From a virus (Duplodnaviria; Caudoviricetes): a DNA stretch of 25,361 nt. The notes under the pieces are model-generated. The model ran no database searches and had not been told where the DNA came from. It saw only the letters and a list, made by a program, of their open reading frames with translations. Position 1 is the first letter of the stretch; each line of letters begins with the position of its first letter. The stretch covers positions 1-25,361 of IMG/VR virus record IMGVR_UViG_3300037631_001884; one strand, 5' to 3'. Shown piece after piece: positions 18,503-25,287 of the stretch. The position numbers were made by a program, and so were the translations under genes.

Positions 18503-18793
18503 TTATTTAGAAAATCTTTCAGCAAAACCACCAGAATAATCTTTAGCTTCACCTATTTCGCCATCCGACTTAAGGTCTTTAATCATCTGTTCTAAACGTT
18601 GTCTTTCTATAAGAAGTTCTTTGCAATCTGTTGCCGTTTGCTTTATGGATTGCAACTCTGCCTTTCTAGCGCTACCATTTATTTCTGGATCGACAGGTTT
18701 TTTAACTTCATCAATCATGTTATCTATAGCCACTTCCATACTCTTCATGAGTCTCGTAGCCGCACTTATCGTGGTAAATCTAGTCTTCGACAT
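18503..18793 (-). CDS. Putative terminase small subunit (helical)
   Basis: 96 aa, two long helices, C-terminal GGFAERFSK; close upstream of TerL. Function is inferred from position and size. Confidence 0.4.
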   Translation of the reverse strand: MSKTRFTTISAATRLMKSMEVAIDNMIDEVKKPVDPEINGSARKAELQSIKQTATDCKELLIERQRLEQMIKDLKSDGEIGEAKDYSGGFAERFSK

Positions 18794-19367
18794 ACATCAA
18801 GTCTTCTGCGCGAGTGCGGTAATATTCTTTTCCGTCTATTTTTAAACGGTAGTCTCTATTTTGTTTAAAGCCTACAACGTCACCTTTTTTAACGCCTAGC
18901 TCTTTTAACCAGTCACAGTCAAAAGAAACAATACCTTTAGTAGGCAGTTTTTCTTTGTTGTCTATTACATGTATTAAATCAGATTTTGTCTCTAACTCTT
19001 CCTGCTCTATAAACTCTAACAAAGCCCAACCTGCAAGAGGTTTTACTTTTCCTGTTTTTTTGCTTTTATAAGCTATGGCCTGATTGTTAATAGTGTGATT
19101 GGGATCATATCTCACTAAATAATGATTATCGTTACCCGTTAGAATCTGACCCTCGTTAATAACTACTAGATGGTGAAAGTAAAGCGTGTCTCCTTTTTTA
19201 ACGCCAGTCTTGTGTTTAAGAGGAGAACAGACTACAGGCCCTTCTGTCACTCTATGTTCAAATTCGTTAAATCTGTTGTCTACGTACAACTCTAAACCAG
19301 AGTCCGTCGTTATTGTGTCGTTGATCTTTTTTTCAAGCTCAACAACAAAAATGTCTAAAGTTTTCAT
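18780..19367 (-). CDS. Co-chaperonin with two tandem GroES/Cpn10-like domains
   Basis: 195 aa; GVKKGD occurs twice, with mobile-loop-like TDSGLEL and TKSDLIH, KPLAGWALL, and C-terminal IDGKEYYRTRAEDLM. Confidence 0.75.
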   Translation of the reverse strand: MKTLDIFVVELEKKINDTITTDSGLELYVDNRFNEFEHRVTEGPVVCSPLKHKTGVKKGDTLYFHHLVVINEGQILTGNDNHYLVRYDPNHTINNQAIAYKSKKTGKVKPLAGWALLEFIEQEELETKSDLIHVIDNKEKLPTKGIVSFDCDWLKELGVKKGDVVGFKQNRDYRLKIDGKEYYRTRAEDLMYVED

Positions 19368-19379
19368 TTAATTTTTAAT

Positions 19380-19712
19380 TTAGTATCCACCGCCAGACCC
19401 TCCGCTAGACCCTCCGCTAGATCTTGTTGGTGTCATTCTTGGGGTTCTTCTTGGAGTTCTTCTTGGAGGGGGCGTTGTAGCTCTTCGAGCTCTTGAGGGT
19501 GTTGCTTGCGAAGCGCTTAGCTCACTCATTATTCTTTGCACTAAAGATCTTGCTGCATTTGTAGAGGGAGTTAATTTGTCATGACTTTCTGTCTTATGAA
19601 ATCCTCCTACCATAGCTCCTTGAGAAACATGAACGTGATATGCTCCTACATAGTCAGATCCATTAGGTCTTTTAAACTCGCCTCCTGAAGTGTATAATTG
19701 TGTTCTTACCAT
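19380..19712 (-). CDS. Hypothetical protein with a His-containing N-terminal domain and an Arg/Pro/Thr-rich plus Gly/Ser tail
   Basis: 110 aa; YVGAYHVH...GAMVGGFH...HDKL followed by TPRR repeats and GGSS repeats. Confidence 0.65.
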   Translation of the reverse strand: MVRTQLYTSGGEFKRPNGSDYVGAYHVHVSQGAMVGGFHKTESHDKLTPSTNAARSLVQRIMSELSASQATPSRARRATTPPPRRTPRRTPRMTPTRSSGGSSGGSGGGY

Positions 19713-19713
19713 T

Positions 19714-19953
19714 TTAAAAGTTGCAGTCGTATTCTATTATACAGGGCATGTCATCTACTGATTTCCATAATACTTGAGATGTATCGTCATCTTCCATATA
19801 CACCAAATATCTTTTTTTATTATGTTTATGTAGATGCTCCCCATCTAAAACTATTGTGCTTACTTTTCCTCCTCCAGCTCTCATACCTATATAATAGGCC
19901 ATTGCGTCTTTAGGGTCTTTCCCTATAATAATTTTTCTAATAAGTCCTTCCAT
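19714..19953 (-). CDS. Conserved small beta-rich hypothetical phage protein
   Basis: 79 aa; IRKIIIGKDPKDAMAYYIG...LWK...IEYD pattern, recalled from crAss-like phages. Confidence 0.65.
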   Translation of the reverse strand: MEGLIRKIIIGKDPKDAMAYYIGMRAGGGKVSTIVLDGEHLHKHNKKRYLVYMEDDDTSQVLWKSVDDMPCIIEYDCNF

Positions 19954-19954
19954 T

Positions 19955-20254
19955 TTATTCTAAGTCTATTCCTGTTCCGTCTAACAAATCGTCTATATCA
20001 TCATAGCCTTTATTGTTTTTGTCAGTGTCGTCCCAAGTGGTATTAATAAATTCTAATATGCTTTCTAATTCTTCTCTTGAGTCTAGGCTATAGCTGTACA
20101 GAGCTTGTAGCCTTGAGTTCCCAAATATGTCATGTTCTATAAGACCTGTAACCATTATTGACATAACTCTATCCTCCATCCCGTGTTTTTTTATAACATC
20201 TTCCATTTCGTCAGATAAACGCTGGATTTCTAAGAAAAAAGCCTGTTCTTCCAT
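19955..20254 (-). CDS. Acidic hypothetical protein
   Basis: 99 aa ORF, tightly packed against the downstream gene. Confidence 0.65.
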   Translation of the reverse strand: MEEQAFFLEIQRLSDEMEDVIKKHGMEDRVMSIMVTGLIEHDIFGNSRLQALYSYSLDSREELESILEFINTTWDDTDKNNKGYDDIDDLLDGTGIDLE

Positions 20255-20279
20255 ATCTTTACGTAATAAATTTATTTTA

Positions 20280-20702
20280 ATGCCTAAAAGTCACGTTTCA
20301 AAGAAAAAGCTATTTCGAGATTTTTCCTATCTAAATCAAAGATACGTAAAAAAGAACTATCTTAAAAGATATAAGACAGTAAGTAATTCTTTTTGTAAAA
20401 AAAATGACATCTTTGAAAAAGAGTTAAGGTTTTTATTATGGGGTTATGACCTTGAGTTTTGGACTTTAGATTTTGCTTCAAAGGATTTTGACTATTCTAA
20501 AAAAAAGTTGTCAGAAAGAATAGTATTTCCTTTAGTTAAAGAGGAATACATATACAAACACTTTGATAGACTTACACCCTCTCAAAGTCGTGAAGACCAC
20601 ATTTTTAGAGATGAGCTAAAGATTAACTACAGAGTAAGATATGCTCTTACTCAAAAAGCTAGGCTTCTTGTTCAAAGATTCTACAAAAACCTAGAAGGTT
20701 AA
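20280..20702 (+). CDS. Putative winged helix-turn-helix (MarR-like) DNA-binding protein, 140 aa (start reassigned to ATG 20280)
   Basis: From ATG 20280 the ORF exactly fills the gap between two minus-strand genes. The pattern ELRFLLW...LVKEEYI...YALTQKARLLV matches a wHTH wing and terminal helix. Confidence 0.6.
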   Translation: MPKSHVSKKKLFRDFSYLNQRYVKKNYLKRYKTVSNSFCKKNDIFEKELRFLLWGYDLEFWTLDFASKDFDYSKKKLSERIVFPLVKEEYIYKHFDRLTPSQSREDHIFRDELKINYRVRYALTQKARLLVQRFYKNLEG

Positions 20703-20947
20703 TCTTCAGACTCAGTATACCAATCCCCGTCGGTATCTCTCAACACAACCATTATCTCTGCGTGTGTGTACGTTGTCTTCCCGTCTAAAAACGATGGTTG
20801 ATCTCCTCTGTACTTAACTAAAGCTTTGCTCCCGTCTGTACTGTAGCGTAACATATCGGCATTGCGGTTAGCTAGCTGAGAAAAATCTATCACAGAATCT
20901 TCATCCGTGATCTCTGTTGTATTTAGTATTACGTATGTAGTGTCCAT
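20699..20947 (-). CDS. Small acidic protein accompanying the LamG gene (start reassigned to ATG 20947, 82 aa)
   Basis: MDTTYVIL...IDFSQL...LRYSTDGSKALVKY...PSFL...YTHAEI; the ATG follows an A-rich spacer after the upstream stop. Confidence 0.65.
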   Translation of the reverse strand: MDTTYVILNTTEITDEDSVIDFSQLANRNADMLRYSTDGSKALVKYRGDQPSFLDGKTTYTHAEIMVVLRDTDGDWYTESED

Positions 20948-20957
20948 GATTATTTTA

Positions 20958-22073
20958 TTAAGGTGCGTCAGAGGTAAATGGAATGTCACCAGAAGTTAAA
21001 GCTGGGAGACCGTTTAGTTGTTTAACTGAGACACTGCTAATTGAACCTACAAAATTATTGTCGTTATCTTCTATAAAAACATCACCATTAGCACTACTAT
21101 TCGCAGCTATGTATCCTGTATATGTTCCCGTTGACGTAGCTGTAATTTCACTTACTCCATTCATTCCGCCAAGTCTAACGGCAACCTCACCAGCCGAAAT
21201 TGAAGACACTGTATAGACTATTTTATAGGTTTTACCGCTTGTAATACCCACATCCTGTCTTATATGTCTATTTGAAGTTCCTCCAGAAAATGATGCTACT
21301 CCACCTGATATAGACCATCCTTCCTCTTTATTCCAGTCTGAATCCGCTGCAAAATTACCATTCGTAACTAACTCCGCCCCAAACCCAGATGCATGCTGAT
21401 CGTGAACTACTCCGTTTGCTTTATCGTCAAACGATCCATTCCCCATCCTATAATATGCTACAAGCGCAGAAGAGTTATCGTAATTATCTCCGTCGTCAAA
21501 GGTTAAGTTAGTCGGTTTACCGTTGTTATATATAGCTTCTACAGCGTCAGCATCTAAAGCTACGCTCCATAAAGCTACATTGTCAATTTTTCCATTAAAA
21601 AAATCAGAAGCACCGTTGATGCTTCCTATAGTACAATCATCTACAGAAGGTATCATTGAAAACGCTTCAGAATGTGTATCTTCTACACTACCGTCTACAT
21701 AGATTTTTTGCTCACTAGCTTTTCCTGTTATAACAACGTGATGCCAATTACCATCGGTTACATCCGTAGTAGAACTTGGATTGCAATGAGAAGAACCATT
21801 CCATATCAAAGCTTCCGCTTTTCCACTGATACTATTTATGCGAAGACCGAAATTTGTAGTGCCAGTAGTTTTTTGATTTTGGAATATATACTTTCCATCA
21901 GACTCTGCACCAGTAGCTTTAATCCATACTGATAGCGAAGCTTCGTTTTGCGAAGTTGTCATTATGCTATTTGAAGCACCTAAGCTCACATAATCATCTG
22001 CCCCATCAAAATCTAAGCTATACTTAGACTCTGGTGTAGAGCTTGACGATACTGTGCTTGCTAACCCTAACAT
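20958..22073 (-). CDS. LamG/concanavalin A-like lectin domain virion protein with an additional carbohydrate-binding-like domain
   Basis: 371 aa; SLDFDGADDYV, SLSVWIK, DGNWHHVV, KIYVDG, FFNGKIDNVALW, LVAYYRMG, then ELVTNGNF...W...GW. Confidence 0.85.
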   Translation of the reverse strand: MLGLASTVSSSSTPESKYSLDFDGADDYVSLGASNSIMTTSQNEASLSVWIKATGAESDGKYIFQNQKTTGTTNFGLRINSISGKAEALIWNGSSHCNPSSTTDVTDGNWHHVVITGKASEQKIYVDGSVEDTHSEAFSMIPSVDDCTIGSINGASDFFNGKIDNVALWSVALDADAVEAIYNNGKPTNLTFDDGDNYDNSSALVAYYRMGNGSFDDKANGVVHDQHASGFGAELVTNGNFAADSDWNKEEGWSISGGVASFSGGTSNRHIRQDVGITSGKTYKIVYTVSSISAGEVAVRLGGMNGVSEITATSTGTYTGYIAANSSANGDVFIEDNDNNFVGSISSVSVKQLNGLPALTSGDIPFTSDAP

Positions 22074-22588
22074 TCTCCTGTAAAAAATTCACTCACATCG
22101 GCTTGTGAGAGGATTAAACAATTTTCGAAGTCTCTATAAGTTATAGTCACTTCTTCTTCCCATTGGACCGCTTTCGCGATGGTTTCGTAGATGCGTTTGT
22201 AGGCGTTTGTGGAGCTCCCAATAAACCCATCTTCTGTAACATTGTTGTTATGTTGCGTATCACCCACAAGCAAACATCCCGCAGTATCTTCATCTGTATT
22301 ACCGCAATGAATAAGTACATATGTAAAATTAGGGACATCAAGGATTTCAAGCATCCCCATATGTATATCAGTGAATCTTTTGGCGTACTTGGCATCGAAG
22401 CCACCCACTCGCCTAAAACCGAGGCGATACTCTCCTTCAGGTATACAAGTTTCTCCCTGCACCTTTTCGGTGCGGCTTTCATCTTCGAGAGTATAGCATA
22501 AAAACTTTCTTTTATCATCTGTTATATCGAATAGTATTCCGTTAGTTGAGTCTTTTCCTTTGTTGAACCTTATTACTTCTAGTTTCAT
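22067..22588 (-). CDS. DUF5675-like protein, putative L,D-peptidase-type cell-wall enzyme
   Basis: 173 aa; CYTLED, CIPEGEY, DVPNF and LIHCGNTDEDTAGCLLVG (His...Cys pair as in YkuD-like folds). Confidence 0.7.
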   Translation of the reverse strand: MKLEVIRFNKGKDSTNGILFDITDDKRKFLCYTLEDESRTEKVQGETCIPEGEYRLGFRRVGGFDAKYAKRFTDIHMGMLEILDVPNFTYVLIHCGNTDEDTAGCLLVGDTQHNNNVTEDGFIGSSTNAYKRIYETIAKAVQWEEEVTITYRDFENCLILSQADVSEFFTGEC

Positions 22589-22673
22589 TCTTTAATTTAT
22601 TTAGTCGGATTTTCTCTGCTTCTTTAGCGTGGTCTTTTCTTTTCTTTATTGGGTTAAAATAAAACTTTTTCAA
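22542..22673 (-). CDS. Possible 43-aa basic ORF (MKKFYFNPIKKRKDHAKEAEKIRLNKLKNETRSNKVQQRKRLN)
   Basis: TTG start, fills an otherwise unexplained ~90 bp gap and overlaps the next gene by 47 nt. Confidence 0.3.
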   Translation of the reverse strand: MKKFYFNPIKKRKDHAKEAEKIRLNKLKNETRSNKVQQRKRLN

Positions 22674-22679
22674 ACTTCA

Positions 22680-23231
22680 TCAATCATAAGCAGAGCTGGG
22701 ACAAATACCATCTGGACAAAAGTTTCTAGTTGCTTTGTCTGCTCCACCTCCCCGTGAGGCTCTTGCTTTTCCTAGCTTAGCATCTCTAAAATCTATATCT
22801 TTCTCCCCCATCATATCCATAAAATACCTAAGTAAAGTAGGATCATTTAAAAGTTTTCTAAATTTTTTAGCTTCAGACTCTTTTAGAGGTCTATCAGCGA
22901 GTTTTTCTAATGATGCTTTTTTTAATGACATAGCACCTACAGAGGGGCTATAACCTTCCTCTTCTTTATCATATTCGGCGATCCTTGTGTCTCCTTTTTT
23001 CTTTGTTTTATAAGATACAAAATCTGCAGGAGAAAACGCTGTATTAAAATCTACTTTAGGTTTAGCGGCTTTTGAAAAAGATAATATTTTTAACAAGTCA
23101 GACGCATCGTATTTAACCTCATTGTCCTCTCCAAACTTAGAGATATGACGAAGCATTTCATTTGTTTTAGGATTAGCCAAAGGGTTAGTTGGTATTCCCC
23201 CACCTTCTACGTATCTTTTTACGTATCTCAC
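22680..23231 (-). CDS. Hypothetical protein with N-terminal KRYVEGG
   Basis: 183 aa; GTG start overlaps the upstream TGA; C-terminal CPDGIC. Confidence 0.65.
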   Translation of the reverse strand: MRYVKRYVEGGGIPTNPLANPKTNEMLRHISKFGEDNEVKYDASDLLKILSFSKAAKPKVDFNTAFSPADFVSYKTKKKGDTRIAEYDKEEEGYSPSVGAMSLKKASLEKLADRPLKESEAKKFRKLLNDPTLLRYFMDMMGEKDIDFRDAKLGKARASRGGGADKATRNFCPDGICPSSAYD

Positions 23232-23542
23232 AGTTTATATGGATTTCCTTCACCTAATCTATGTATCCACCCCCTACCGTCTAAATCAGCTGTTGCGCCT
23301 AAACCAACTGCACCACCTACTGCACCTAATCCTAACATGCGTACAAGTTGCCTTAATATCTTAGCTCTTTCGTCAACGTCTTCGCTGTTTTCTAACATAC
23401 CTAAAAGCTCTTCAGTGTCCTCTGCCCTCTCATATGGTCGTCTTTGTCTGTCTGCTCGTCTTTGAAATTTTTCATTTTTACGGAACTCTTTATCAGTTAA
23501 AGGTTCTAATTGTCCTCCGTTATTGTACTTTTTTAGTTTCAT
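23228..23542 (-). CDS. Hypothetical protein with N-terminal KKYNNGG and a Gly-rich hydrophobic segment
   Basis: 104 aa; LGLGAVGGAVGLGATA. Confidence 0.65.
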   Translation of the reverse strand: MKLKKYNNGGQLEPLTDKEFRKNEKFQRRADRQRRPYERAEDTEELLGMLENSEDVDERAKILRQLVRMLGLGAVGGAVGLGATADLDGRGWIHRLGEGNPYKL

Positions 23543-23553
23543 TCTTTTCGTTT

Positions 23554-23979
23554 TTATAGTGCTGCAAATATCTCTACATCCGCTGTACCTGAAGAAACAT
23601 CAGCATGTATAGTGTCAATAGCTATAGTTGATTCTGTTGCGCTGGTCCCTGTAGCATCGGCATACATAAGTGAGTTACCTAACATCCAGCTGTCCCCCGC
23701 CTCCAGTTTGACATAGTACTGAGTAGAAGCACCCACTATACGTAGCTGCACATCTGCTGAAGCGTCTAAGTTGGTTATTCGCAAGTAATCTACGGTTGCA
23801 TCTTTTAAAGTTCCTGCTGCATCGGCAGCGGCAAAAAGAAGAACAGATTGCTCTGTTGCGGTGCAGTTAATGATTCTTTTATACACCTGAGTTACTGTCT
23901 CAGACATAACGTACTCACCACCGTACTCCGTTCCGTTTAAGTTTAAGTCTTCTTTTATTGATACTGTTAACGTCGCCAT
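23554..23979 (-). CDS. Small beta-rich virion protein, distant paralog of the 9448-10265 pair
   Basis: 141 aa; MATLTVSI, YLRITNLD, VKLEAGDSWML and VEIFAA. Confidence 0.6.
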   Translation of the reverse strand: MATLTVSIKEDLNLNGTEYGGEYVMSETVTQVYKRIINCTATEQSVLLFAAADAAGTLKDATVDYLRITNLDASADVQLRIVGASTQYYVKLEAGDSWMLGNSLMYADATGTSATESTIAIDTIHADVSSGTADVEIFAAL

Positions 23980-23982
23980 TGT

Positions 23983-24798
23983 TTAATATTTTTTCTTTAC
24001 TTTAATTCTTCCCCCCGTTCTAAATGTGTTACCCAATCCAGCTAAACCTCTTTGCTGATTGAAACCTCCTAACATTCTCATAAAGTCATCCATTCGACCT
24101 TGAACGTTTTCGTTACCAGAAGTTAATCTATCTCTACCACCTGTTACTTGATTGAAAATAGGTCCAGCCTGTATGCTAGGCATATTTCTTTTAGACAAAT
24201 CTTCTAAAATAGCTTCCATCCCCATACCTCTAGGAGGTCTCGTGGGAAACTCATCTACACCTTCTGACCCAAACTCTGCGAAAGAAGGGTCATCTAAAGC
24301 TTGTTCTAAAGATGAAGGATCATCAAAAGACTCCTCTTCTAAAGGTATATCTTGTATCCCCTCTAATCTAGCCTCAGCTATAGGATCTATTGTTTCTAAA
24401 GGTGTTCTTTGATTAGGCTGTAATATATCCCCTGCTTTTCTTGCAATTGCTTTTTTTGTAAAGTCCTGAAGTTTCTTTTTACCAGCATCAATTAAAGCTT
24501 TTTTTCCTGCTTCACCACCCAGCTTAGACCCTACTTTACCAGCAAGCTTTCCTAATGCAGCCCCACCTCCAAGCGCAGCCCCTAATCCACCTACAGCCGC
24601 CCCAACAACGCCTTTACCAAAATCGTCCATTCTAGCCTGACGCCTCTTATTCTCAAGCTTTCTTTTTTCTATTGATTCAGCCGCAGTCAACCCAGAGTGA
24701 GACCTTTTTTTTAAACCCTTAGCTTTTTGACCTCTACGAAGCTCTCTAAGCTTCTTTCTTTCGGATCTGCTAAGTCTATCTGTGTTGAATAATGCCAT
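23983..24798 (-). CDS. Hypothetical protein, candidate internal/ejected protein
   Basis: 271 aa with a basic N-terminus, a glycine-zipper segment GVVGAAVGGLGAALGGGAALG, an acidic middle and C-terminal FRTGGRIKVKKKY. Confidence 0.65.
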   Translation of the reverse strand: MALFNTDRLSRSERKKLRELRRGQKAKGLKKRSHSGLTAAESIEKRKLENKRRQARMDDFGKGVVGAAVGGLGAALGGGAALGKLAGKVGSKLGGEAGKKALIDAGKKKLQDFTKKAIARKAGDILQPNQRTPLETIDPIAEARLEGIQDIPLEEESFDDPSSLEQALDDPSFAEFGSEGVDEFPTRPPRGMGMEAILEDLSKRNMPSIQAGPIFNQVTGGRDRLTSGNENVQGRMDDFMRMLGGFNQQRGLAGLGNTFRTGGRIKVKKKY

Positions 24799-24802
24799 AG
24801 CG

Positions 24803-24810
24803 CAAATATA
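24803..24810 (-). promoter_or_regulatory. -7 promoter element TATATTTG, 4 nt before the ATG at 24798
   Basis: Minus strand TATATTTG-CGCT-ATG. Confidence 0.75.
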
Positions 24811-24971
24811 AGGAAGATTTAATTGTGGTTTTTAACCCCGAAAGCTAGATTTCAACTAGACACAACTACCCTGTATACTACAAGTAAGCTTCTCTTAGTC
24901 TTTAAGTACTTAAAACAAAACCTAATAACAGATTTATTAAGTATCTGAACCCTTACAACCGCTTACAGTGC

Positions 24972-25002
24972 CAAAGGTACTACAGAAAATTTGAAAAGTC
25001 AA
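24972..25002 (-). promoter_or_regulatory. Full Flavobacterium-type promoter TTG-N20-TACCTTTG
   Basis: TTG at 25002-25000, 20-nt spacer, TAnnTTTG at 24979-24972. Confidence 0.55.
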
Positions 25003-25105
25003 CCCCTAAACAAAAGGTTTAAGTAACAGACTCTAAAAGACTACAAACAAGAGGTTTATACCTGTATATTTTGTATTTGCTTTGGTGAAATAAGTTTTGA
25101 AAACT

Positions 25106-25149
25106 AAAAAATTTCGGGAGATCTCGATGTAATTGAAAAAATCGGGAGA
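25106..25149. repeat. Imperfect direct repeat AAAAAAT(TT)CGGGAGA x2
   Basis: Copies at 25106-25121 and 25136-25149; the first overlaps the palindrome GAGATCTC. Confidence 0.6.
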
Positions 25150-25184
25150 AATGTTTAGGTTGGGGATAATATATATGTGTAGAC

Positions 25185-25287
25185 GTTAGCTACGCTAACC
25201 CGAAACGGATTTTCCAAACCCCCTCCCTCAACGAAGTTGAGAATCTCGCCATACATTCTAGCTTTTACCTGTAAATGCCTATGGCAT
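25185..25287. other. Cluster of short triloop hairpins in the non-coding end region
   Basis: GTTAGC-TAC-GCTAAC (25185-25199), CCG-AAA-CGG (25200-25208), CTCAAC-GAA-GTTGAG (25227-25241) and ATGCC-TAT-GGCAT (25275-25287). Confidence 0.7.

Noticed and set aside
20127-20279. N-terminal 51 aa of the 191-aa plus-strand ORF
   Set aside because: It overlaps the 99-aa minus-strand gene; ATG 20280 has an AT-rich context and removes the overlap.
22654-22680. 8-codon mini-ORF MKFEKVLF* coupled by TGATG to the upstream stop
   Set aside because: It is not coupled to a downstream start and could easily arise by chance; the 43-aa TTG ORF fills the gap better.
23564-23572. GATATTTGC as another late promoter
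   Set aside because: It mismatches the conserved TA and is explained by the coding sequence EIFA.
1403-24412. The many plus-strand and nested minus-strand ORFs in the track (e.g. 6911..7468, 12641..13018, 17695..18021, 22147..22518)
   Set aside because: They are shadows of well-supported genes, with no start context or recognisable motifs. Only 20280..20702 occupies its own space.
1-24798. Stop-codon reassignment (TAG or TGA), known in some crAss-like phages
   Set aside because: TerL, portal, capsid and tail genes are full length under the standard code, and both TAG and TGA end genes at sensible junctions. Reading through the TAG at 11614 does not join the downstream frame.
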